The notes under the pieces are model-generated. The model had not been told where the DNA came from. It made no database searches and was given only the letters and a program-made list of their open reading frames with translations. Made by a program: the position numbers and the translations under genes. Positions 40,733 to 59,280 of a stretch of 64,000 nucleotides of DNA are shown one piece after another. Each line of letters starts with the position of its first letter. The first letter of the stretch is position 1. This DNA comes from the human T2T-CHM13v2.0 reference genome, Homo sapiens: the NCBI RefSeq assembly GCF_009914755.1, contig NC_060925.1, one strand, 5' to 3'.

Positions 40733-43700
40733 TAAATTAGGTATTTTCTCTAAACATTTTACTTTAATTAAAATTATATCATCAAATATGATTTGTTGAA
40801 TGAGAAATTATGGGGTGAGGGCTCTTGCACACACCAGAAATACTTAAAATGTTTAAAACAAAATTGCTTTTGCATGTAATCCCTCTCTTACTGTGCCTAA
40901 AGGTTTGCCTTTCTTGCCCTTTTCTAAACTTTAGGTCAATTATTTTGAGAAGGAAATGACTAAGCAGTCTGACATTCATTTTATAGTTTTTCTAATACAT
41001 GAGTGGCTAGAAATTAGTCTCTGTTTAAAAGTAAAGTTAGTCTCTCTGACCTCACAGATGGGCCATTGTATTGTAGCGTGGTGGTGGAAGAGGGACAGAG
41101 AAATTTATTTCCATAGTCTAGCCTAGCTCACAAAAACCTTACAGTAAGGGTTGGGTAATTTTTGGCAACATTACTCTGAAATAACTTATAGAACATTAGA
41201 GGAATCCAAATTTAGCCCAATTTCCATTATACAACAATATCTTCAGATGAAGAAGATTTTTACCTTCTTCTGTTGGAGTGTTGAAAGAGACATCTCAGAG
41301 ATGACAGATGTATCCTGTTTAAAAGGACCTAAAATAAAATTGGATCTAAATGAACACCAAACAAACAAGGAATATGGCCTTGTATGTTCATGTTATTTCT
41401 GTTAAAAAGATATTTTAGTTAGCTATATTCACAGGAAGCTATCAGAGTTCCTTTTCATAATTTTCCAATCAAAGATAGAAGGAAGAAACAGAGAATGGAG
41501 TAATTCAAGGTAAAAACAGATATATTTTGGACTTTTGTCAACATACCTTTACTCTCTGTATCTCTTTTTTTCTCAAATGAATGCATTTGGCATTTACTAA
41601 GCTCTTAGGGCATCCTGGGAATGTGTGTCAGCAAAAAATGTAACATGGCTTTTTACCAAGTTGTATAGGGCAGCAGGAATACCTCTATTATTAGATGTGG
41701 AAGAATGGATTTTACATGTTTTAGTAAACCATTTTCTAAATGGTTAACTAAAGGAAGTGTACCACAACACTACTAATGTATAACCAAGATATTTTACTTT
41801 CTATAGTGTTCCAACTATCACTTGAGTAGTATTGACTTGATTCACATTGGTTATTCCTAACAAAATAAGTTTGCTGAAGGTAGAGATGTTAGCATCTTTA
41901 AAGGGATAATTTAAGAATTTATTCATAACAATTTCATAATTTTTTAAATTTAATTTTCATAGTTAAATGAGAATGTACCACTAATTTTCCTTTGACATTA
42001 CTTTATAAATAACAAAAGGCAACAAGATACCAAATACATCATTACATTATTTCTAAAATAAGTAGGATCCTCTTTCTCACCTCTATCATTTCTTCACAGA
42101 TTGATCCACCCTGATACCATTTGACAGTATTCTTGACTTGAAGTGAATATTATTTCTAGACATCGTATGTAATTGTTTTATGCCTCCACCATTCGCACCT
42201 AATCATTTAAGTCTGAAACCAAATGCATGTGCATCAAAAATCTGAAGACTCACACCAGATACTTTTCTGAAACATATGCAATATTTCTGTTATTTTTATA
42301 TGAGTCTTATACATTCCACAACAAATGCCAAATACAAGATTTAAGGCCGGCAAATATGGTTAAATATTGAAATAGATCTGATTTTTAAAACATCTGTATT
42401 AAATAACTTCAACTTAATTTGTTTTGCAGATTTTCAGTGTTTAGTAACCCTCCCAATATTATGCTTTTTGCCAGTAGTGGTATGGTGAAATTATTGCACT
42501 TTCAAATGCTGGACAAACAATAGATACTATTTCAAAAGCTTTCACAGTCTAATTTACAAAGACTGGAAAATTACATATGAATATAAATGGTTGGGTTCCA
42601 AAAAAAAACATTTAGTATAAGAGTATTTTGTTAAAAACAAAATGCATTTTCCAGCATAGGAAAATTCCTTTTATTTAAAATACTTAATGGTTTTTTGTTA
42701 GTCTTCATAACATCTTCATGAGATAGGAATGTAGCAATTTTAATGATTTCATTTTAATGTTGAGGTCTGGGATACTTAAAGTTCAAACTAGGAATACCGA
42801 AACAGATTTTATATGTGAAAACATTTATATTTTTACACATCTGCTCTCATTATTAATTCTGCTCTTATAAATTATGCATTTTAGAATTTGATTTATATTT
42901 TTATAAGTTAAATATTAAAATGAATGAAATCTCTTTAAATCTCTTAAATAAAGCTTAAAATTAAAAGATAATGCCATTGATTGTACCTAAAGCTTTCAAA
43001 ATATCGAGTTATATCTGTGGATGAATTTTTATGAATAAAAAAGATAAATAATAATGAGCAATTTTTATCCTGATGCCAAACCTCAGGTTTCTCTTTCTCT
43101 TAGGATTTTAAAATCATTTTATAGCTTTATATGCATTTCCAAAGATAAAATACTGCTGGAATTAACCCAAAGTCATGTTTTATTTTCCAAGAAGAAAAAG
43201 AAAAAAAAGGAATTCAATGTGTTAAAGAGGTGAAATAAAATCATAATTATATCAATATTTTGTAAATACATGAACATCTTGAAAGCCGTAAGTACTAAGC
43301 AGGGACTTCTATTGCAAAGCATAACTCTCTAAATTGGAAAACATATCAAGTATTACATAACTGTTTTTGTATACCATAAATTCTTTGAGAGCAGAAATCC
43401 TCATTCTATACTATATTTTCAATGTCTTGGTTTCCCCTTCTTATTGTGCTCCATATGAATTTGGTAACATTTATCTTAGTTGCTCACTTTAATTTTCATT
43501 TATATTTAAAACACAAAAGTGCCAATTAAAATGATTTTGTCCATCATTTTAAAGCATTAGATCTTCAGATATGAATTACTATGTACCTAAGACCCAAGCT
43601 TGGATTGAAACTCCAGGATGTTACTGGTAATACCATGGGGCTTCTACCAATTTAGAAGGAAGACTAAACATCTATACCACCTGTGAAACTATCAAGACAA

Positions 43701-44401
43701 AGTTTGACATATTTCATGGGGTGGAGTTCATTGCAATATTTTACTAAGTCACAGTTGAAAACTTAAGGATCAATTCTGTTGATAGGATGTATTAAATGTA
43801 GGTCTCCTCCTCATCTCCACCATCTCATGAAAATAAGGATCCTGTATAGTTTGTGTGTAAACTTACATGAGCTCTGATATTGACAACCAAAAAGCACTAC
43901 TTCCCGTGTTCTCCGTTGTCTTCCCTTGTTATTTCTACACAATAATTCCGCAACAGGATATCTGAATACATTTTGATAAGTGGATAACAATAGAAAAAAT
44001 ATCAAGAAATTCATTTTAGAATTTCAAATTTTGGAGTTACAAATAATAACTCAAAAGTGTATATTTTATATGTAAACATATTTATGTTGTAGTAACAGTA
44101 AAAATAGTTATACTAAAAAGTCATATATATGCATGGATAGTGATTTCATAAATATTTGAATAGGACATTGTCCTAAATTCTAGAACCTTATATTCTAGCA
44201 CAGGAAAAAAATATATTAATAAATCAATTATGTAAGAAATGTATTAATAAGTGAATTAATTACATAGGAAAAATCACTTGCTGTAAGAAATCGCTTGCAA
44301 ATTGTGATTTCTTACAGAAGACGACTTTTAAAATAAAATCTACATTCTTCAGTACTGTCTTCAACAGATCTTTGAGATTATAACTTAAATAAAATTTAAT
44401 C

Positions 44402-44745
<344 letters not shown>

Positions 44746-45540
44746 TTAACTAGATAACATAAATAAATACTTTACTGAAATGTAAACATCATCCAAAAAT
44801 TTAATGATATATATTATAGTGTTGGGAACAAATGTATAGTACTTTTTTATTGTTTTTAAATAACATTTTAGTCTCTAACCACAGAACATAAATGATACTT
44901 GTTATTTTTTAAAACCTGGTTCAGTCTTTACTCCAACCTACTTTGTAGCAATATTTCTGAGGAATATTCAGTATAAATGCCTTTGCTACTTTCTATTCTC
45001 ATCATTTATAGATATTTTTATTCTATTTTTATTCCAAATCTATTGCCAAGACATTTTCCTGAATATTGTTGCCAGACAACATTATTGTTCAAAATCTTAG
45101 AGGTTAAAACAGGGATAAAAATATGAATGTTTTTTCAAGAAAACTAATCAACATGGGAGAAAATTGCACCTCTCAAGGGAAAATGCTAGGACATTGGTAG
45201 AAGAGAAAGATGAGCAGAAGGTATATGGGAATAGGAAAGAAAACACTCTTAGCAGTCTTTATAAGTGAGAAATATTGAAGGAATGGAGTGCTGCTCTATG
45301 ATTCATTTTCTTAAGTATATCTATTTTCTTGCTTCAAGGAGAACCATTTAATTGCTTAGTAGTTTGGCCACTACAGAACTTGAGGTCTTCCTGCTGGAGA
45401 CAGGTAACCTTGACTAAAACTATCTGGAGATGTACCATAAAATACAAAAGCTCAGCTGGGGAGTGGGGGTCTATAAACAGCCAATGGATAACTATCACCC
45501 ATCACAAAGGAATTACAGGTGAGAAATTCCCGGCATCTCA

Positions 45541-45560
45541 GTGTGTGTGTGTGTGTGTGT
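45541..45560. repeat. (GT)10 microsatellite
   Basis: Direct reading. Confidence 0.9.
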
Positions 45561-45599
45561 AACCAATAAAATTCTGTGTCATTTATCTAAGAAGCATGA

Positions 45600-47110
45600 C
45601 ACTCAGCATGTATGTTCTGGGTTTCTAACATTTAAAAAAATTCTCATAATTCTGTGGATTTTTTAGGCTCAGCTAAGTTGTCCTGCTGTTCACTGTGTGT
45701 CAGCCAGGATCATCCAAGCACTCGAGCAATTAATTGCATTGAACTTGGGGGAGATTGGCTAGTCCTGATACATAAAAGACAGGTACATTCACATGTCTAG
45801 TGCCTCAGCCGAGGTGGCTGGAAATGCTGGAAGTGCTGAACTCTGACTGAACCCATCTCTCTATTAGGCTAGTTTGGCTTGCTAAATGTTAGTTCAGGGC
45901 TGCAAGAGAGTATAATCCGAAGCAGAAGCAGGAGACCTGTTTAATGCTAAGCTCAGAAGAAGTATAATCTCACTTCTGCAGCATTTCATAGGTCAAAACC
46001 AATAATGATGAAAACCCAGATTTAGTAGGAGGAAAAGAGTAATATACAATTACAGGCATGGCAAGAATTATCAGCAGCCTTTTTTGGACATAATTTAACA
46101 CAGCCTATGCAAAGTACACTTACCTCCTCATAATTCCCCCAAACTTCATTCAATTATGTCATCAGCCTCAGAGTACAGTGTCTCATGATTGAATAAGATC
46201 CAGATGTAGATGAGATGTGGAGGTACATCTCCTCTTAATCTAGAAATCTGTGAACTAAAATGACAAGTTATCTGTCATCCACAATAGACAATCTCATTCA
46301 AAAAGGGAGGAACTGGAAGGCACAGAAATCACAGTCCATATAAGTTACGAAATTCAGCCTGATACTTTTGCCAGTTCTCTATGGGAGCTGGAGATTTTTT
46401 TTTATTACAACCAAATTATGCTATCTTAGAGTTGTTTGATAATTTGTTATTCTTTACAGTTATTGGTTCAACCTTCTGGGTTCTGTATATGCCCTGTGAG
46501 ATGAACTTCTTCCATAAGAAAAGGTCTGTGTTTATAGCTCAGTAGCTTTCAGAGCTTTCCTCCTATTCATAAATAGTTGAGACTTTTAATGGCCTTTTTT
46601 CATTTTGACCTATATTTCTGCCTTTTAATCAACTGATGTTACATTTGTTAATAAAGTGTTCTTGAAACCTTTGTGGATTTCCTATGAATATTTTTGGAGT
46701 TCATTTGATTCACTCAAAGCCATATCCACAATTCTTCTAAGACAAACATTTACCTAATTTTGGCAATTCAACTTTCTGAAACCATGCCCTTAGGAAGTGT
46801 TTTGTTTAGCTGAGGGGTTATATAAAACATATCCTAAATGTTTATGAGATTTTCAGAAAGTTTTTTTACAGGTATAGCCTTGACTTTTTCTTGATTCACT
46901 CTGAGGTCCATGCAATTGGCTGAATTATTGATTTGATTTTTTCCTTGAGGTCCTCTCTTATCTTGAAAATCTTTTTGCTGAAGCCATCTATGTTTCCTAG
47001 GCCATCTATATTTCCTCTGAATTCTGTTTGAAATAAAATAGTGTTTTAGTTAGTTTATGTCTCTCTTAAAATATACTGTTAAACAGAAAACAATGGAATC
47101 AAATGCCAGT
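45600..47110. mobile_element. Ancient MaLR (MLT1-type) LTR plus internal sequence
   Basis: ttctcataattctgtgg...ggctcagct...ttcacatgtctagtgcctcagc; tctcacttctgcagcatttcataggtcaaa; internal-like ctcattcaaaaagggagg. Confidence 0.55.
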
Positions 47111-47144
47111 ATCAATATTCTAATGAAAATCTCATTAACCAATT

Positions 47145-47830
47145 TTGATATTGTGAAATACATATTTGTTCTTCATCTCCATTTCTTGGCACACACCTTC
47201 TAAAACCCTTGAAATCTCTTAAGTGATAAGTTCCTTTATATATGCTAATGAGATAACTGGTTGTGGGGACTAGGGTTCTTAGACTCACAATGGGGGATAG
47301 TGAGGCAGGGAAAACATCCATGTCAGTAGAGGATTGGAACTTTTACTCTCATTCCCCAACCTCTGGAGAGGAAAGAAGAGTTGAAGATTGTGTTGATTGC
47401 CAGTGGACAATGACATAATCAATTATGACTTCTTCATTAAGCCTCCTACATTTAGCCTCCATAAAAATTCAAAAGGACTGAGTTTGGGGAGCAGTGGAGC
47501 TTTCAGATAACTTCATTTAACTCAGGTGCCTAGAGAGTAGCACCCCAGATAGGAAATGGAAGCTCCATGCCTCTTGATGCATACCTTGCCTTGTGCATTT
47601 CTTCCTTCTGGCTGTTTATCTGTATCCTTTATAATATCCTGTATAATAAGTGTGTAAATTAAAGTGTTTTCCTGAGCTCTGTTGAGCCACTCTTGCAAAT
47701 TAATCAAAACTGAGGAAGGGGCCATGGGAACCCCAATTTTTAGCTGTTTAACCAGAAGCATGGGTCATAGTTTTAGGCTTGTGGTCAGCATCTACAGGTG
47801 AGGGGTACTCTTGTGGGACTGAGCTCTCAA
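47145..47830 (+). mobile_element. MER21-like LTR
   Basis: tgatattgtgaaatacatatttg...ttcttggcacacaccttctaaaacccttgaaatctc...atgctaatgagataactgg; gtgttttcctgagctctg. Confidence 0.75.
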
Positions 47831-48278
47831 GACTGGCTTCTTGGTTCATAGTTCAAAAATAATAATAAATAATAATAATTGCATCTGAGTATGTCTACCT
47901 CATTCAAGAGGGTTAAACTCATCACTGACAGTGTCCAATTGTAGCTAAATATAAGGCTAAAAATCAACAAAAACTTAAAATTTGTTATGCCTCCCTATTA
48001 ACTATTTTCAATTTCATTTCTCTCAACACTATGGCAATCTCCCACTTGAAGCAAAACCAATTTTTTGGTGATTCTGGTTACATTTTAAACTTTTAATCTA
48101 TTCAGCTGCTCTGGAAGCTCTTTCAAACAGATTTAGTATTCTCTTTCTACATACTACCCAAAATATTTGCTTTTAAAAAAAGACTGAATTATAACCAATA
48201 TTTGTTAAATGATGCAAAAAAAGAATTAAAGAGCCCATGCAGAGATATCAATATTTATATAACAAATATTAGAATCAT

Positions 48279-48472
48279 GAGCTGGGCACAGTGGCTCGTG
48301 CCGGTAATCCCAGCATTATAGGAGGCTGCGGTAGGGGGATCACTTGAGGCCAGGAGTTTGAGATGAGCCTGGCCAACACGGTGGAACCCAGGAAGCAGAG
48401 GTTGCAGTGAGCCGAGATCATCCCACTGCACTCCAGCCTGGGCAATGGAGCAAAACTCTGTCAAAAAAAAAA
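48279..48472 (+). mobile_element. Internally deleted Alu (left-arm start fused to right-arm end)
   Basis: ...cctggccaacacggtgg|aacccaggaagcagaggttgcag... lacks the central linker. Near-TSD aatcatga/attcatga. Confidence 0.85.
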
Positions 48473-48587
48473 TTCATGAAATTATTAATCTTCCACATAT
48501 AATTAAACTATGATGACAATAAAACACAAAGAAAATTTTACGTTGGCCAATTTAGTACAATAAACAGATACTCTACTCTCTAACGTA

Positions 48588-48895
<308 letters not shown>

Positions 48896-49101
48896 TTCTA
48901 ACGTGGCATTTTAAGAGTGATGCATATCTGTATGATATAGATGTAACAATAGATCCATGTGATAGATCTGTTCTAACATTAATAAGAAAAGTAGTGACAA
49001 GCTAAGCTTAGGAATGAGAACACTTTTTATTTGCAAATACAAGAGTCATGCATATGTGTACAACTCCAGGTAGAACAGCAATAGTATGGTTTAGCGAAAA
49101 C

Positions 49102-49394
49102 TTTTTTTTTTTTGAGTCGGAGTCTCACTCTGTCACCCAGGCTGGAGTGTAGTGGCATAATCTCAGCTCACTGCACCTCCGCCTCCTGGAGTCAAGCGAT
49201 TCTCCTGCCTCAGCCTCCTGAGTAGCTGGGGTTACAGGCACCTGCCACTACATCTGGCTAATTGTTGTATTTTTAGTAGAGACGGGGTTTCACTATGTTG
49301 GCTAGGCTGGTCTTGAATTCCTGACCTCAAGTGATCCACCCTCTTAGGCCTCCCAAAGTGCTGGGATTACAGGCATGAGCCACCCTGCCCGGCC
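49102..49394 (-). mobile_element. AluSx-like SINE
   Basis: Full dimer. TSD GAAAACT on both sides. Confidence 0.93.
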
Positions 49395-49739
49395 AGAAAA
49401 CTGTTATTTTTTTACACCTATTAGACAGCAAAGTAAACCAAGTCATATTTTGGTTCTCTTGTAAAATATCCTGTAGACTATGTATCATTCAAATAAATTG
49501 AAGCCTGTGTCTCCTGCTTTTAAATAATGATCCTTGCGAACTAAAATCTTAAGTTATTGCAATTTTCAAAGCATGGTAAGTTAAGCATCTGTAGTGGGAA
49601 GAAAAACCTCCAATTCTGTCAAAGATGTTTAACTTCTAGTGATAATTATGTAATTACCAAAAGTTCAAAAAACCTCATATTTAAAAACTACTTTTGACAT
49701 TTCAAATTTAATAGCTCAAGACAAAAACTCATAGAAGAA

Positions 49740-50640
49740 TTAGAAGATGATAGCAAATAAGGCAGAGTAAACAGATCTAATGGCCTATCTCTCTAGAGAG
49801 AGATAAAAAAACCAAGCAGAACTGTTGGAATCAACTTTGTTAGAACTGAAAAATAAAGGTTTACAGAAACAGGAGAATGCTGAATCAAGAGAAAGGAAAC
49901 ATAAAAATTAAAAGAAGGATGTGTAGCATTTTTATTTGCATTTGCTTCATCTCCCACTGGCACAGCCTCTATTCCCAATGTGCCTGGCAGAGGGAGCAAA
50001 GCAGATCTCATTCTCAAAGAATGTTATCCTGTATGGGAGCTACCTGAAGGATTAATGAGAAGTGTTTGTCTTTATTTTATCTAACTCAGAACTCGCACTG
50101 GACTGAAAAACAGCAGGCATTCCTCAAGCATATCGTAAGGTAAACAAATAAACAAACAAAGAAAATGAACAATAAAAAACTGCAGCTGCCTAGGGCAAAA
50201 GATTAAGGTTGAAGAAAATATAATAAGAGTGCCCAAAGTCTGGAAGGAAAAGCTAAGGAAAGTGTTTCTTTGAATAATTATAACAATCTTAAGCAGCTCT
50301 ATATTGTGGGGGAAATTTAGAAAGCAACAGCACATAATTTGGGCAAAACATTTACTCAGAAAAAGACCAGAGAAGACCCAAATCATTTATCCCTGGCTGA
50401 CATCTAAGTGTTTGAAGGAAGGGAAGGCTAAGGTAGAGTTTTAAATGGACTGGCTAAGCAATAAAAGAGTATCCCAGCACAGAAGAAATCTGCAAAGACT
50501 GGGATGACAATCTCTCTGGCTCCCTTTCCTTCTTCCTCTCTTTATTTCTCTCTGTCTCCTCTTGGTTTATCAGAAAGTCTTTGACAAAACACTAGCTGTA
50601 CACAAACTAAAGAAACAGGGATTTAAGAGGCAAAACATAA
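49740..50640 (+). mobile_element. Probable old L1M 5'-region fragment
   Basis: aagcagaactgttggaatcaactttgttagaact...; cagaaaaagaccagagaagaccc; resembles recalled L1M 5' consensus. Confidence 0.45.
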
Positions 50641-50689
50641 AGAAGTTACAGACCTTTAAAAATAGTTTAGAAAAGACACTAAACAAATA

Positions 50690-52535
<1,846 letters not shown>

Positions 52536-52599
52536 TTTTAAAAGTCTCTTACTATTGGGTACAACTTTTTTCTCACTTTGTAAAAATGGCTCAAATTTT

Positions 52600-53950
52600 T
52601 CTAGGAAAACATATGGCACAAAGACTAACATGTACTTATTTAACAGAAAGTACTTTAAAAAAAACATAAAATATTGCCAGAGATTTGGAGAAAAAAATAG
52701 ACAAATTGCATAGTACCAGAGGTTTTCTGTTGAAAGAAAGAACAGATGTTTCTAACATGTCTCAGGTTATGATTTTGGTAGATGAACTGCCTCAATAATA
52801 AAACAGCAAGGATGAATTTTGTGGGTGTGGTCAATAAAAGCAAGATGTACTGGAAACAATTTAAAATAATCTTTAATAAAATAATGTTTATTAACAAAAC
52901 AGTTTAACTGTTTTAGTGTGCCTGTTATGAAATCAATAAAGAAAAAGAAAGATTCTGAAGTTACATTCAGAAATATTATTATATGAAATACTCGTTTGCC
53001 AAATTATTCACAAAGAAACCATTGCAGTTAAGCAGTAGTAAATGAAAGGCACAAGGATGTCATCAATGAGAATAATGTTACTTTTTAAATATGTTTAAAT
53101 ATAGTGAACTATAATATACCATCTCTTCCTCTCCTTTGATTGCAATGTATGCAAAACAAACATGTTGAATCATCCAAATATGGAGGGATAATAAAACAAT
53201 AGGCCACCTGTTTTTATAAGGTTTTATTTGAACATACAAAAAATATACCTGATATGATATTTCATAAGATTGGAAGTATTAAAGTATTTAAGAGATTGAT
53301 GAGCACAATTAAAATTATAATTTTCTGTTATCACGCACCCCAAATCATCTCAAATTTACTGAACTTTTTTGATGATAAGTTGTCATTACTGTTTAATCTA
53401 AGAAAATTTTTAATCAATTTTTACATATTGAAATATCCCTTCAAGGTAAAAAGGACATTTTAATAATGACTAAGAAAGCAATAGCTTTTCAATAGAAAGA
53501 AAGTTATACTATGGAGAGAGCATTTTGAAAACAGAATTTTGGAAATGTTTCTGCTATTATGCAATCTTAATGGCCCAAAATACGTGTTATTTACAAAATT
53601 CTCATATTGTTATTCCCCCAAAAATGGAAAGCGATTTTTTAGCTATCTAAAATCTTCCAAATAAATATTTTTAGTGGATTGGAAATCATTTTTAAAAAAA
53701 TACCAATCAAAACTTCCTAAAATTTTCAAGATCATTTCCAACTTTAAGAAAAACAATTAGGTCATGAAAGACTAAGAAATGACCATCGTGATTGATTGAT
53801 TATGGAGAGTAGATCTTGTCCACTTACAACAACTGAAATCAAGATAAATTAAATGTGGAGCAGTATCTTTGATGTTTCATATATCAGTAAGTAAAGTCAA
53901 GATTTTCAAAAATAATGAACCAATTTCTACCACATATTTCTCACTGACAA
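52600..53950 (+). mobile_element. Fossil hAT (Charlie-type) transposase fragment
   Basis: Broken frames read ISLQGK (53433-53450), MTKKAIAFQ* and LWREHFENRILEMF, matching the hAT/Buster motif LNxSLQGK...KIxAFxxKLxLW...MFP. Confidence 0.6.
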
Positions 53951-56535
53951 TATTGTCCATTTTTTATATTTTAGAGAACAAATGTCAATACAATAGGAAA
54001 GAAATTTACCATTAAGAAATAATAATAATGTTTAATTTTATTGTTTAGTCTATGTTTATCTATTTTTCCAGGTTTATTTTTGTATATATTTTAATATATT
54101 TAGAGTAAAATACATGAATATATAGCATTAAGATTTATGTATTAATATTCGTGTGTATGTGTATACATACACACATTACTAGGTTTTTTTTTGTATATAT
54201 GCTACTATGACTCAGTAAATGTCAATTCCAAGTTGGTACCTTAGTTTAAAAGGGTATTCCATCACTCTCTTAGGCCAGCAACTTTTAGTGATGCAATATC
54301 TAGTAGAACTGGTGGATTCCACTGCCATGTGTTTATTGCTAAGCCTCCTTTGTTGCTGAAAAGTGGATTTCTGTGTCTGATGTAATGTTATGCATACTGT
54401 GTTGGTAAATTAAATACTCTGTAATCTAGCCGAGTCCATGTAGACAGGAAAGAATAACTTATACCTATGGATGTGATTTCATACAGTCAAGATGAATTGC
54501 TGCCACTCTGATGGTTTGTTATCAACTTACCACCAAGTGGCTGGTTGGTTTCTTTCAAAGATGATTCTATACGAGAGACTCAGTGCTGGTCATGCTTTTG
54601 GTTGAATACCATCAGTGGAAGTAATTTATCTGCTTTTCTTTTTTAGTGGGAGTCCACTGTTGGGCCCATACATAGCCCCAATTTCTGTCATCATGGTACT
54701 TCTATTATTAGGCTCATTGTGCCAGCACTGGGGTAGCCAATTATAGATGCTGGCTTTTGTCAACTAGCCAAATCATTTTGTCTAATTAGGTTAGTGTCTC
54801 TCTCACTGTGAATGTTCTCTTGAACATATTAACATGTAATACAAAGATCTTTAAACTGCATTCCTACACAAATGGCTCCAGATTCTTCAACTAAAGCTTT
54901 CTGTGTAAGTCAGACTTTTTTTTTTTTTGCCACTACTGATATTCTAATACCATAAGGGCTTCTGGTTACTATAGCTGAAACATCAGAGCTGCTTACTCCA
55001 CAGCCTAGATGTACTGAAGAGCCCTATCCTGCTCTGAGCCCTATCCAAAGCTAGCAGCCCTTTTTTTTTTTTTTTTTTTAATCACCCAGTGACTAGACCA
55101 GGACAGCATTCATAAGTGTGGAATATACTGCCTCTAAAATTTGAAGAGACCTACCAAGTGTTATCTTTTCTTCTTAGTGGTGGAAGATATGACATGAAAT
55201 GATTTTTCTTTTACTTTGGAGGAAATGTCCAGGCATGAAACAGGCAACTAGACCCATAAAATCTTTACTGATACAGCAGGCCCTGAATCTCCATATTTTT
55301 ATCCCTCACCCTCTGTAGCACATATGACTTGTCAAGATCTCCAGCATAGTTAACACTATGGTTACTCAGTTTAATATGGTGTTATCAGTATAGTGGACAA
55401 ATGCATAATTCTGCAGAATGGTCAGATTTTACAGCATCATCTGGCTGGCTATATTATGACAGAAGTTATGAGAGTTCATAAAGCCCTAGGTCTAGGCTGT
55501 AAATATATATTACTTTCTGTCCAAAATGAATTTGAAATGTTCCTAATCCTCTTCCTGATAGGGATGGAAAAAATGAATTCACAAAATCAATGACTGCATA
55601 CCATGTATCTGAGGTTCACACTAATCTACTGTAACAAAAATGCCTATCTGAAACAGCACTTGCAGCCTGCGTTTGTATCCTTCTCCAAGATCTAACTGCA
55701 TGCTTTGGGACATCTACAACCACCTCAGCCCCATGACCAAGATGCGATATTGCTTTTGTTTTATAATCTTGACTGTGAGGGTATTAGTTTCCTAGTCTTG
55801 GGCTTGACTTTTCCTACTATAACAGCTCTTGTACCACAGAATAAGGAACCTATATGGAGGTTGTGCCAAGGATCAAGTATATACATTACAATTACATGTT
55901 CAAGGATGGAGTAACTGGCTACCAGAGTGCTTTCAGGGGGATTCAGACCTGGGCCACATATCCATATACCACCTAGCTCCTATATACTCCCACCCTTAAA
56001 GGGGGGCAGGAGGAATCCATGACTTTGGTTTCCAAGGTATAAATATTTTTAATATTTTCAATATTTTATTTTCTCCATATGGTGCTGCATGGCTCTCCTC
56101 CTGGGGTCCTGATCTATTCATGAATTAATGAGATTTTAAGTCTGTGGATTGGTTTCATTCTGTAACCCAGCCAAGGAATTATTGAGAGGGCTGTTGTTAG
56201 TCTCGAGGTCATCATTCATCCATCCTTGATTTTTGTTGTTGTTATAGATTGGGTAATAAACTTGTTGGAAACCCTTCTGTCTCGACTCTAGGGATACTAT
56301 ATTTTATTAATCATCTCCATAGCTTTCTTCAGGCCAGACCTCTACTAGAAACTCCAACTATGCCACTTGTCACAAAATTGTACTCACCTTGCTTTTCATA
56401 GTTAGATACAACTACCTCCCCTCTATTATCTTCACATCTTACCAAACTGGTATTAAGGAACTCAGCTCAAAAACTATCTGTAATAGCATCTTTTGCTATC
56501 AGTACGGGACTATAGAAGACTGCCATCATTCAGTT

Positions 56536-58015
<1,480 letters not shown>

Positions 58016-58924
58016 TTTTTGAAAGGAAGACTGCTATCGTTGAGCTTTTCAGCAATACCGATGCCCTTCTTAGCAGTATATTTCTTACTGCTTTGGTAAA
58101 TGGAATGTCCCTTGTGTCTTTACATAGAACATGATTATCTGGTGTGTATTCCAGTCTCAGGCAGTATATCTATTTCAGTATTCCATTTCTCTGAGCCTTT
58201 TGGTACATTCTTGTACCATCTTCCACAAAGACTAGATGTTCTAGCATTTCTATTTCACTTAATGTGGATGATATTTCTTCATGCTTCCAGGATCCACCCA
58301 GCACCATTTCTTTGAGTTTTTGCCAGGATTTACAGGAATCTGAGGATTCACAATTATCTGGTATATTGAGTCAGTCATACCCATCCCATGTCTCATCACT
58401 TCTCGTTTTCTCAATCAGGGCCCTGTCTGGCATAACAGACTTTCCCAGATTGAGTATTCAACCTCCTCTGGAACTCTGCTGCTCTTGCAATTGTGGTTTT
58501 GATGCTCAGTTTTTTCTGCCATAAACTTGAAAGAGATAGTAGTATTTTATTTATTACTAAGGAGGCCTTCTGGCTTTTGTGCCTAATTGGTTAATGTGTG
58601 ATTAATCATTTCACACTTAGACTTACTTTTTTTCCTAATACATCAATTATATCAGCAATAACCATCCAATTTCACAGTTCTTACATATCCTGAATATCTG
58701 ATACACCGGAGATATTGCACCTGCCTGTGTATTTGCTTCCATCAGTTTCAAATTTCAGTTTATCACAAGTGAAAGTTTTAACAATTATATCTCTCATGCC
58801 AGAGATTGATCATGCCTTCCATACCACTAGTAATAAAGTACTCATTTCCAGATGACTATCTGATGATTCAACTCCAAAATCCCTTTTTAGTTTCCACTTC
58901 CTTGAACCATTTCTGATTTCAGCC

Positions 58925-59280
58925 TTCTTAAAGTTCCTAGGCAACAGATTGAAACAAATTTGCTTATAGCATGTTTATTGGAGACTACCTTCAGGATAGA
59001 CACCTGTGGGAGAATGAAGGCCATGAGATTGGGCTGACAAAGTTGTTAAACTACTCTGCAACTGCAGTAAAGAACTCAGATGATTCTCCAGGGAGCTCTG
59101 GAGCTGGCTCAGACTTTGTGAACTGCCCAGAATTGACATAGTATGACATTTGCATCCCTTCGGTATCAATGTTATTGGATTCAGGTTGCCCACGGGAAGA
59201 AGAAATTCTTTTCTGGGTGTCAGAGAAATCATGCTAGCCAAAGACCCTCAGAAATTAGCAGAAATCTTGCAAACGGCATG
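58925..59280 (-). mobile_element. ERVL LTR (LTR33/LTR41-like)
   Basis: gttcctaggcaacaga...gtttattggag...gggagctctggagctgg; abuts the ERVL internal 5' end. Confidence 0.5.

Noticed and set aside
45340-45580. TATAAA/CCAAT/AATAAA cluster as an independent promoter
   Set aside because: CCAAT lies downstream of the TATA, and the region adjoins LTR-derived DNA; more likely an LTR remnant or chance.
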